Shown piece by piece: positions 1 to 11,400 of a DNA stretch of 64,000 nt. Positions within the stretch are counted from its first letter, which is position 1; each line of letters begins with the position of its first letter. The translations under genes were made by a program, and so were the position numbers. This DNA comes from Vicugna vicugna (lineage: Eukaryota): positions 2,579,010 through 2,643,009 of the forward strand of contig MU058384.1 in NCBI GenBank assembly GCA_013265495.1, in the 5' to 3' direction. The notes beneath the pieces are model-generated. The model was not told the DNA's origin. It did not search any database and worked only from the letters and a program-made list of their open reading frames with translations.

Positions 1-692
1 ATGCAGAAAAAGCATTTGATAAAATTCAACATCCATTTATGATAAAAACTCTCGCCAAAGTGGGTATAGAGGGAACATATCTCAAAATAATAAAAGCTAT
101 ATATGACAAACCTACAGCCAGCATAGTACTCAACGGTGAAAAACTCAAAAGCTTCCCACTAAAATCTGGGACAAGGATGCCNNNNNNNNNNNNNNNNNNN
201 NNNNNNNNNNNNNNNNNNNNNNNNNNNNNNNNNNNNNNNNNTCAGGCAAGAGAAAGAAATAAAAGGGATCCAAATTGGAAAAGAAGAGGTAAAAGTGTCA
301 TTATATGCTGACGACATGTTACTATATATAGAAAACCCTAAAAGGTCCACACAAAAGCTACTAGAGCTGATTGAAGAATTCAGCAAGGTAGCAGGTTACA
401 AAATTAACGTTCAAAAATCAGTTGCATTTCTTTACACTAACGATAAATCAACAGAAAAAGAAAGTAAAGAAACAATCCCCTTTAAAATAGCACCCAAAGT
501 AATAAAATATCTGGGAATAAATCTAACCAAGGAGGTGAAAGAATTATACACAGAAAACTATAAACCATTGATGAAGGAAATTAAAGAAGACTTTAAAAAA
601 TGGAAAGATATTCCATGCTCATGGATTGGAAGAATCAATATTGTTAAATGGTCACACTGCCCAAGGCAATCTACAGATTAAAAAAAAAAAAA
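1..692 (+). mobile_element. Young LINE-1 ORF2 (reverse transcriptase) fragment, cut by the window edge, ending in an A13 run
   Basis: Translates to L1 RT ([27 protein letters not shown]); nearly identical to 27222-27895. Confidence 0.95.
182..241. other. Assembly gap (60 N) inside L1
   Basis: Run of N; the second L1 copy has about 51 nt at the equivalent position. Confidence 0.99.
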
Positions 693-1246
693 GTACTAAG
701 TAAACTGATGAAGCATGGTGATACATTTTTAAGTCTTAACCTTTTAAAATCTTTAAACCAATAACATACAAATATTAGGTGATCCTATTTTTCCTGTGTT
801 TTATCTGTAATGTGAATTCAGCCTATTATTCCTTTCTCCCTTTTCTCCTACTTCAAAAATTTTTTGGCAAGAATACTTAGTTGAAGGGACTAGAAATAGA
901 AAAAAGGGAAACAGGTTAGAAAAGAATTGAAATTGAAAAACAGATTAAAGGTGTGGAAAACAGTGCATAATCATTGGTATGTAGAACAGATAAAAAATGA
1001 CCAACACTTAAAAACAAGTGACAGGCAGGGGAGGGAAGCTGGGTGTAGAACTGAGGAGGAGCATGTGGGGTATTGGTAAAGCTCTACTTTTGAAGGTTCA
1101 CAGTTACTGTAGTTTCTATTCACCTTTGAACCTTCCACATATGCTTCTGTACGTACCACACACACACTGGACGAACGCAGTTAGTACCTAGAAATTTCAC
1201 CCAAATAGTTGGATTAATCAAACTGCCATACGAACTGGTAACTTTT

Positions 1247-1336
1247 TCAAGTGTACATGGAACATTCTCTAGGATAGACCACATACTCAGACACAAAATA
1301 AGCCTCAACAAATTTAAGAGGATAGAAATTATTTCT
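1247..1336 (+). mobile_element. About 90-bp internal L1 ORF2 (endonuclease-region) fragment between 14-bp direct repeats
   Basis: TCAAGTGTACATGGAACATTCTCTAGGATAGACCACATACT... (HGTFSRIDHIL); AACTGGTAACTTTT at 1233-1246 and 1337-1350. Confidence 0.85.
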
Positions 1337-1754
1337 AACTGGTAACTTTTGGAAAACTCATACTCTCTCCCTAAAATGGAAGTGGTGAAGGACACAGGCA
1401 CTGGGCTCAGCTAGATCCAGTTCTGATTCATGGACAAGTGGAAGTGGATTATCTATCCCCTGTACTTCACATGTGGTGCGCAAAGACTCACCATCGTGAC
1501 TCCTATTGTGTCAGAAGTTCAGAAATGCGAACTTTCAGTCATCGCTCTCATCTTAAAGTCTAGGAACAATGGATTTTTGGGCAGGAGGATAGTATTTTAA
1601 AGAGGTAAGGCTCTTGTGACACCCACAGATCTTTCTGTATCCTGACAGCTTTATTGCTCAGGAAAAGTTGATATATTTCTCACTGAAATAAGATGAATCA
1701 TGCCTCAAATTATTTTTTAGAAAGAGTATAATATTAATATGTATGATGCTATCG

Positions 1755-2135
1755 ATACACTGAGTTGCATCCTCACCAAATTCATACGTTGAAGTCCTAG
1801 CCCACAGTATTACAGAATGTGTATTCAGTAAAAGGGGTTTTAAAACATAATTAGGTTAAAATGAGGGCATTAGGTTGGGCCTTAATCCAGTATGACTGTT
1901 GGTGTCCTAAGAAGAGGACATTTGGACAAAGACACATACAGAGGAAAGACCATGCAAAGACACAGGGAGAAGACAATCATCCAGAAGCCAAGAAAAGAGG
2001 CCTCAGAAGAAGCCAACCCTCCTGACACCTTGATCTTGGACTTCCAGCCTCGAGAACCGTGGGAGATTAAGTTTCTGTTGTTCAAGCCATCCAGCCTGCG
2101 GTACTTTGTTATGGCAGCCCTAGCAAACGAATACA
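1755..2135 (+). mobile_element. ERVL-MaLR solo LTR (MLT1B-like)
   Basis: Typical motifs GTTGAAGTCCTA, CTTGGACTTCCAGCCT, end TTTGTTATGGCAGCCCTAGCAAAC-AATACA; left edge approximate. Confidence 0.85.
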
Positions 2136-2310
2136 TGCGAAATGTGGGAAATTTAGTTAAAAGGCTAACAGTTTTTTATGAAAGCCTTTGCTAGGTGACT
2201 CCACAACTTATCAGTGTTCTTGGCCGAAGACGGAATTACCATGAGCAAGAGCTTGGAGAACTGGACTTTCCCATTTATAAGTGCCCTGCAGGTTTGAGCT
2301 TAGCTCTTAC

Positions 2311-2432
2311 CTCTTCTTGGTGTGTCCATTCGGCTTCTCATCAGGAGGCAGCTCAATAATGAGTTGACAGGACTGAGCATGATCAAAGTTGTTTGGAGTC
2401 TTTGGTGAGCACTGGGTGTCCAGCATAAACAC
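2311..2432 (-). CDS. ARFGEF3: ARFGEF3 exon X (122 nt): [40 protein letters not shown]
   Basis: gtgcag|GTG...AAGAG|gtaaga; phase 0/2; the next exon lies beyond position 1. Confidence 0.94.
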
Positions 2433-5400
2433 CTGCACACAGGTATACAAAGCGTATGATTTAGAGCACCACCATCCTCAACCTGCCTCCTCCAGGAATC
2501 AGATGGATGGCCCTGGGCATGCTGCTTACTCTTTCTACTCATTTTCTTCCTCTAAAGTGAAGTTGATAATGGTTTCCTACCCGGTATGTTTGTTGAGAGA
2601 ATTAAATGAATTAATAGGTGGGTATTAACATATGTAAAGCATTAGAACAGAAGAGTAAATATTCAACAAATGTCAGCTGACAGCACTAATAGTTAAGAAC
2701 ACTCGGCTTCTACCACGTGACAACTGATTACGCTCCAAATAGCAAGTACTGACATTTAATATTAATTAAGAGTAAATAAAAGGGGGCTGTGTTTGTAAAA
2801 GAGCTCTGGTTTTGACATCTGTTTGGTACATAATCTAGCCACTGCAGGCATAAGAAAGTAATTGGGACTTCTCTTGTCAGGAATACTGATGTGGCCGGGC
2901 TACTCTGTTAGACGCTGGGAGACCTGACTTAGAAAACAGTAGCCAGTTCATGGATTCTGGGCCAAATGACTTCATTTGGCATGATTTTACATACCTTCAC
3001 TACTTCGCTTTGGAGATACGAGTATTTTAAGGAACTTTTTTCTTTCCAGATCTTGTTAAGTTATCAGATAATTAAATACTGGGTTATCTGAAGAGTAAAT
3101 ATAGGACTAAAAAATATATATTGGGGCTAAAGAAAGAGAAATAATAAGAAATGAAAGATTCACTAACTTCTGTTTTTCTCCATTAACAATCTATTTCAGA
3201 ACATGAATCTATTGTCATATTCTCACTGTGTGATGAGATGGGGTTGAAAAGACCACTGTGTGCACATGGGAAAATTCCTCTAGCAGGGTGTGATGGCCTC
3301 CTACCTAGAGAAGCCACCCCTTTGGAAGACCACCCTCTTGCCTTCTCTGTTGTGGCTCCTGGCCAGACTTCCTGATGTGGGGAGCTGTCCACCATGGCTG
3401 TGCTTGCTCCCTTCAGAGCAGCACAACCATCCTGCCCAGGGATGTTATGGACGTGCTGCTTTGCAGATGGTGGTGGAAGGTTCTGGTTCCACTCTCTGAG
3501 CATAGCTGGGAAAAGCCCTTCAGTAGCCAGACCTAGCAGGAAACTTCTCAACTGACAGCATGAACGGGACTGAGTTCTTTATACTGATAATCAGGGCATC
3601 CTAGCTTATCAGTATGCTAAGGGGAAATTCTATTAAAAATTTAAACAGATCGTGTAGAGAAAGGAAGCCTTTGAACATAAACCCCAACTCATTTCATTTT
3701 CCCAGTGCATAGTTTTGACAATACATATACATTTATAGAAACTGCTTAATATTTAAACACATACTACACACACGTATATGCAAATTATCTTCTGCACATG
3801 AAAATGCAGTTCAGATATATGTCTGTTGCTATATGATAGTGTTTAGCCAGTCAGTGGTGGTTGGGAATTGAAGTCATTTTTGTTTTTTCCCAATTATAAA
3901 CAGCACTGTTATGAATATATGAATTTAGGGACAGTGCTGACGAAAGCCCAATGCAAGGTTTCTTACAGGAAGACTGACAGGTCACTTAAGTGTTTGGGGG
4001 GCATATCTGTGGCTCGTGCTAATGCTATAAGACCTGTGGTGATTCATTGACTCAGTGAACATTAAATAAATGCCATCCATATGCCCTGCACCAGGAATAC
4101 CAAGAAAAATACACAAAATATGTTCTCTGCTCCTGACTCAGGAGCTTCCAAGCAACTTTTGTGACTTCTGACATGTGTCAGAAGAAAAAGTCATTGGTAC
4201 ACAGTGATTCCTGATGGATAAGTACATTTTAATTTTACTGATGAGTTAACATTCAACTCAAATTTATTAAGCAAATTGTAAACGTTAAGCTCCATATGAG
4301 AGACATAAGAAAAAAAATCAAATCCATTTGCCATCCTTAGATATTCACAGTCCAGCACTGGCCATAGAATTGCAGTAAGTATGTATAACAGAAGTGGTGT
4401 AAGTCGAGGTATGTATGAAGGGCAGCGGCCAGGTGGAAAAGGGACTCTATCTGATCAGGGTGTTGGAAGATGCAAAAAGCAAGGGACCATAACGCTGTTG
4501 GCTGAGTTCAAGTTATTTCTGGTAAAGAAGAGTGCTGGCCAGAGGTCAGGGCCAGATTTATGTTCCAAAGGGAATGAAAAGCAGTTTCGTGATGCAAGAC
4601 TTTCAGGAAGGACCTGCACAGTATCTCAAGCTTCCAGAGCCCCTGGGGTCAAAAGCCCCGCTCTTACCTGCTGAGCCATGGCTCGGATGCGCCAGTATTC
4701 AGCCTCGGCACTGGGGGAGGTGGACGGGGCCGCCACCCTCACCTGGCAGCCTTCCCCGCTGAAGCTCTCAGTGCCGCTGTGGAAGCAACCTAGTAGATCC
4801 TAGGGGGAAACACGACAGTTGTTCACTGGGTGCCTCCGTTCATGGCCCCAGGCCTTGAGGTGGAGCTGACACTGTCACTGTGTCTGCAACTTTTTTCTCA
4901 CCCTCTACAAGATTTCAAGTGAGACTCCCTTTTGTGAGGAGGGAGGTGGAACCCAGGTGGCTGACTTGACAAGGCACCGGGGAGCTAAGGAAGGCTGGAA
5001 GATGCTCTGATTCTCTCCTCTGGGTGCTTACCTTCACTGGCTTGAGGGTGGCTGAGAAGGCCTCCTGCAGGGCACAGCAGGCCAGCCTCCACATCTCTTC
5101 AGTGAACACAGGGCCCGCTGTCACGAGGACGTACCTGCCAAGAGAAGCAAGTAAAGAGTCTTTTTTTTTTTTTGCTTTACATCCTAAACTTTTTATTATT
5201 TTTTTTCACTTTAAAAAAAATGAAATATAGTCAGTTTACAATATTATGTCAATTTCTGGTGTATAGCATAATGTTTTAGTCATACAGATACATACATATA
5301 TTCGTTTTCATATTCTTTTTCATTATAGGTTACTATAAGATATTGAATATAGTTCCCTGTGTTATACAGTTTTCCTGTTTTATATATAGTAGTCTCTGCA

Positions 5401-8400
5401 GTCTCGAACTCCCAGTTTATCCCTTCCCACTGCCTTTCCCCACTGGTAACCATAAGTTTATTTTTTATGGCTGTGAGTCTGTTTCTGTTTTGTAAATAAG
5501 TTCATTTGTGTCTTTTTTTTTTTCAGATTCCACATATAAATGATATTATATGGTATTTTCTTTCTCTTTCTGGCTTACTTCACTTAAAATGATGATCTCC
5601 AGGTCCATCCATATTGCAGCAAATGACATTATTTTATTCTTTTTTATGGCCGAGTAGTATTCAGTTGCATAAATATACCACAACTTCTTTATCCAATCAT
5701 CTGTCGATGGACATTTATGTTGTTTCCAAGTCTTGACTATTGTATATAGTGCTGCTATGAACATTGGGGTGCATATATCTTTTTGAATTAGAGTTCCCTC
5801 TGGATATATGTCCAGGACGGGGGATAGCTGGGTCATATGGTGAGTCTATTTTTAGTTTTTAAAGAAATCTCCATACTGTTTAAGGAAATAAGTCTTGAAC
5901 CCATATATTTTATTGCCACAAAATTTAGGCCTTACAGACGCATGCCTAGAGTTAGTCTATAGTTTCCTTACAGATTTTGCTATCTTTTATCACTCTTGCC
6001 TTCAGTCCATCTGGTCTTCCATTGTCTGAATACTATTTCCTAACCCATTTTCATATAAAAATGTCAATGGATCCCCATTACAAATAGGCCAAAGTGTAAA
6101 CTTAGGCTCGTGGGCAAGACAGTATATATATATTCTGTACTAATTTTTCCACTCTAGCTCCATTTCCACTGCTCCTCTACAAATAACACACACAACAAAC
6201 CAAAACCGTCTTATCACTTACAATTCTTATCTCCGTGTATTTGATCATACTGTTCACAAAGCCCCCATCTATTAGAAGCTGACCCATCTTGGGCAATCTG
6301 AGTATTACTGCTGCGAAAAGCTCTTGCTGACAGCCCTACCCACCAGGCTTCCTGTCCTTTCATGGAGTTTAGAGTTCCTCCTTGTTATTATCTGGTTTCC
6401 CAGGACTCTCTCTGCTCTGTCCTTCAGAGCAGGCTGTACCTCCTTGAGGGTAGGGCCTTGGTCACAGCACTTTCTGGGTAGCAGAGCACCCTGTATAATG
6501 ACTTGCACCATGAATACTGGCCAACTGCGTGAAATGAGGAATTATGATGAGCACAGTCATTTTGACTTATAGAAAGTGGATTGCTACCACCAAAGAATTT
6601 CACGCCCTTGGATTCCATAACAAACCCCCTAGTTTTGCGGAGAGCCAGGGAACCTTCTTCTCACCTAATACAGGAGCAGCCCACCCTGGAGATGGTTTCC
6701 GTGGGCTTGGCCACACACGCCACCAGCAACTCAAAGAGGTCCTTCAGCATGGTGTTGATCATGCTCTCATACCTGATGTCTAGGGAAAATCAGAGCAAGA
6801 CTGCACTCACCTGTGCTGTGAAGGAATGGGCTGAAATGGCATCTACAGCAAAAGAGGGAAGTCCGAGTGATAAAAATACATATAAAGATAGAACAATGAG
6901 AAAGATGGCCACAACAGCCAAAATAAAACGCCCATGACCACACAATTTTTCTTGGGCTCTACCTAATTTTAGCTTATTTCATCCACTTCTAGATCTATCA
7001 AGAGAAAACGCGTGGCTCACTTTACGTGTTGATGTACATATTTCAAATTAAGTACATAATTCATCTACTAAAGTAGAATACAATGTACCCTATTATATAG
7101 CCTGAATACAAGCTAGTCAATTTTTTTAATTCTCAAAAAAAAAAAAGGAAAGATAAGACAAACCTTCCTTCCTGATGCTAGTTGGAATTAAATTGGATTA
7201 AATGCTCTTAGGAAACAAAACAATCTGGTACTACCACTTCTTGAACCGACTGTCCCCAGACTAAAGAAAGTAAGACTTCCAAAGATCACATTCTGTTTGC
7301 CCAGTTCCAGGAATACGTCACTATTTTTTTCCACAAAGTCCTTGTGATGCCGCAGAACCAATTTTCAGTGGAATCCTCAAAGCTGTGCAAAGCAAGGACC
7401 TGGACAGGAACGTTTACCCCCAGGGATATGGTTAGAGCCTGCATGTGGAAACATGCATTTCTCCTCTTTCTCAATCGGTGTGTTTTCTGCAGGGCAAATT
7501 GTCCTTACAAGTCCTAGTAGAGACACCATTTCTTGTCTTTGCGTTTTGACTCTCCCTTGGGGTCACGTTCTCATCAGCTTCTCTAACCTCGCCAACAAGG
7601 CAGCCTCTTACCCCACCTCTTCCTTTATACTCCTGTATGCCTTTCCCTTCTCTTTATAACCTCCAGGGCTAGCAGCAAGACTTCTCCTGCTCTCAAATTT
7701 CCTGATCTTCCCATGGCAAGAATTCTGAACAAGGATCTATATTTCACAAATGTTGCTCCACTGGTAGGTACCACAGCTGACACATGTCCCTGCCTCTAGG
7801 TTCCTCCCCGCCTGCTGACTTCAACATAATATCCACCCACACCTTCAAATCTTTTTCAAAGTGGCACAGATATTAAGATCCCTCTCTTTACCCCTAATCT
7901 ATTAAGCAACTTTTTGCCCATAATTTGAGCCTTTTCTAAAACCCACCTCCTCCATTTAGCCTCCCCAGATGCAGCAGGAGAGTGGGATACACCCCCTCCC
8001 TCACCCCCAGGCGATAGGGACATTTCTTCTTTTTAAATTTATTATGTACTTGAACTTGCCTCCCCTCTCCTAATGCATAGATATTCTAGACCTTATTAGG
8101 TATTTTATCTCCAGTCATACATGTATTTTAAGTATTCTGTTCGATAATTTTGTAGAGGACACGTGGGTACCAAATTTCTTTCTGACAGTCTACAATCAGA
8201 ATGCTAATACTGACCCTGTGATTCTATTTTAATAATTCCCAGGATAAAGGTCACCATGCACTGATATTTGCACTAGATATTTACTAAGTACTTTTGGACA
8301 CTAATGCTGTCTGCTAAGCAACCATGCAGCATGAGCTTCTCTGGCACCACAGATACCTGAGTGGATAAAGCTCTGGATGTGCTCCACCACCAGCTCACAG

Positions 8401-11400
8401 GACAGACCTATGGCATGCTTGAAGTTAGCAGAGGCCACATCCCAGTAAGAATGGTCTTTATGGCTACGACGGAGCCAAAGGGACATCACAGGAAGGAGAA
8501 GGTGAACAACTGCGTAGATGCCAAACCCTGGTCCTGAAAAAGAAAAGTCAACTTCAGAATTGTGATCTTGGCACCCTCTCCTGCAATAAAAGGAAAGCTC
8601 TCAGTCATCACTTGGCGCTGCTATCTCTTGTGAAGGAGCTCCTCATTCTCTGAGAAGGGGCAAGGAAAAAGAATTTACCACTGATTGGGGTAATACATAA
8701 GTGTACTCCTCTTATGGTTACCAGGGGGAAGGGGGTGGGAAGGGATAAATTAGGAGTTTGAGATTTGTACATGTTAACCTCTAGGTATAAAAATAGATTA
8801 AAAAACCAAACTTCTGTATAGCACAGGGAACTATATTTAATATCTTGTAATAACCTTTAATGAAAAAGAATATGAAAACGAGTATATGTGTGTGTGTACA
8901 TATACTGGGACATTGTGCTGTACACCACAAACTGACACATTATAACTGACTATACTTCAGTAAAAAATATTAAAACAATACTGATAAAACAAGAGCATCA
9001 CTTGATCAATTCCTTAGTCCCCAGATGTAAATATACAGATACCTATATCCCTATGAGAAATCACCCTTTAAAATGTAAGTACATATATTTACATGGAACA
9101 TAGAGAAATAGAGTTTTGTTTTTTATTACTTGTATATAAATGGGATAACGTAAACCTTGGTCTGCTTGACTTCTGTTGTTGATTTTTTGCCTTTACCAGT
9201 ATGTGTAAGAGATCATTCTGTGCCAGCAAATTTAGATATTCCTCATTTTCATTACCACATACTGTTCCAAACTGTTCAAACTGTATATGGAACAGTTCAC
9301 TTATCCATTCCCTTACTGATGGGCATTTAAGGTGTTTCTGTATTTTGCTGTATGAACAAAGCCATCATGAAAAATCTTTGTGAAAATGTTGATGGATTTT
9401 GCAAATTCTGATTACAAAAGCAAGGTATCTTTTTTATAATAAACACAGAAAACACATGAGAATACAAAGAAGAAAATTATATTTTGATGTATTTCCTTCT
9501 AGTACTTTTTGAAAATATGTGTGGGTGTATGTGTGTGTGTGTGTGTGTGTATTTATAAATGCATAAAGTTGACACTGTACGTCACACTATATATATTTTA
9601 ACAAATGTTCATCTTAATGCCTGTAGAATATTTACATGTTTTTTTTTTAACCATAATTTACTTAACCCATTTAGAGTGTTCATAATGTTTCTGGTATTCA
9701 AGATGCTTCAGCAAACATCATTACATATGGATTTTTATCTTCATTATTGTTAATAATTTCTTTGATGATTTCTAAGAGTAGAATTATTGGGCTAAATGCT
9801 CTTCTCACACACACACAGTAGCAGAAAATGGTACTGAACTGACCAGTAAAACAGATTTAGAAATAGTGTTTTAATTAATATAATTAATTAAATAATATGA
9901 TTATATTAATTAATTATATTAATTCTATAAGATATATATTTTATATATGACTAATATAATTCTATGAAATACCTGCTTAATCTTGGATAGAAAGCTTTTA
10001 CCTTCTTAATGTGTAGGGGTAGCTATGACAATTTTCCTGAAAAAAATTGACAAACTTTTCTACGGATGTTAAAACATTATCAGTTATCAAGTCTTCATCA
10101 GTTTATGTAGAAAACAAAACTCCTCTTATAACTATGGAATTAACTAGTGGTTATATTTGTGGATGTGATTGTGTTAGTGAAAACTAAAATTTCTATTAAA
10201 AAAATTTTTTTTTGATCTGGGAAAATTTGGATGAGTAAGTAGGCATACTAACCGTGATAAATTTAGAACAAGAACTAAATTCCTAAGGACCATATTTTCC
10301 CCCCTGTACTATCAGGAATATCACTAAATGTCTTCCCCCAGATCGAATCACCTACGACCCCTATACAATTAAGACACTGCTGTCTCTACCCTGCATGTAC
10401 ATTTGAGTGGCTGGTTCATGTCAGTGGTGGACCTGGTGAGCCCTACTGACAGCGCTGGGGCCGAGAGCATGTGAGATCCAAAGAGGAAGTCTGTAACTAT
10501 GAAACAAAGCCAGCTGGCCCGTGGAGACAATGATACCACAGCCTTGGCCTGAGTATTAAGGGATGCTGCACATTTAATTAACTGGCCACCATCCATAACT
10601 TATAAACGGACTGGTGGGAAACCTGTAAACAATATGAAGTACATCTCTTAAATGTCACTGGATCATAGCCATTCAACAAATACGTATGAAGCATCTATCA
10701 TACTGGCTAGGGTTACAGTGGTCAAACAGACACTCACAGAGACAGCTTCCTGAGAAAAGATACGTCTAACAACTCCCCCCAAAGAGAGACAGAGGAATAC
10801 TTACCAGGCGTTTTGGTAACATCTCTCAACAGCTCAAAGAGTAAATCCAAGGTCGGCGGTTGGTGCTGACGTGGGCAGTTGGACACAGCTGCTGTGAGCT
10901 GCTCCAGCAGGATGATCCAGACTTCTATCAGCCCTGGAAAACAAAACCAGACCCCTATGAAATCCGATGAAACACAGCACAGAATCATCGCCACAGCAAA
11001 CTCAACATTGTATGTAAACGACTTCTGTAAACCACCAAGCGCTTTAGAGATGCGAGGCAACCCCTGGTAAGGTAGCCCTGAGTGCCTGTAAGCATGGACA
11101 AATTGTGATTTACATGTTCCAACAAAGTGAAAGGAAAAAAAAATCATTCAAATTTCCTCCTTATTCACCTTCAGGAAGAAGGTGATGTGGTATGTGAATT
11201 CTACTACATGAAATAATTATTAGATTTCTTGGGAGTTGATGTAATAATATCCTTTTAGTAATAGTAAAGTAATAATATTCTTTTCATTCCATCACCTTAA
11301 TCTATCCTTTAAAGACTTTATTATATATTATATTATTTACTTATAAATATATATAATAAAATTTGCCATTTTAACAATTTTTAGTATGCAGTTCAGTGGT

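Noticed and set aside
182..241. N run as a biological feature
   Set aside because: Assembly gap within a young L1.
1510..1552. Box C/D snoRNA-like motifs (GATGA...CTGA) on the minus strand
   Set aside because: Box C is imperfect, spacing is too short and there is no terminal stem.
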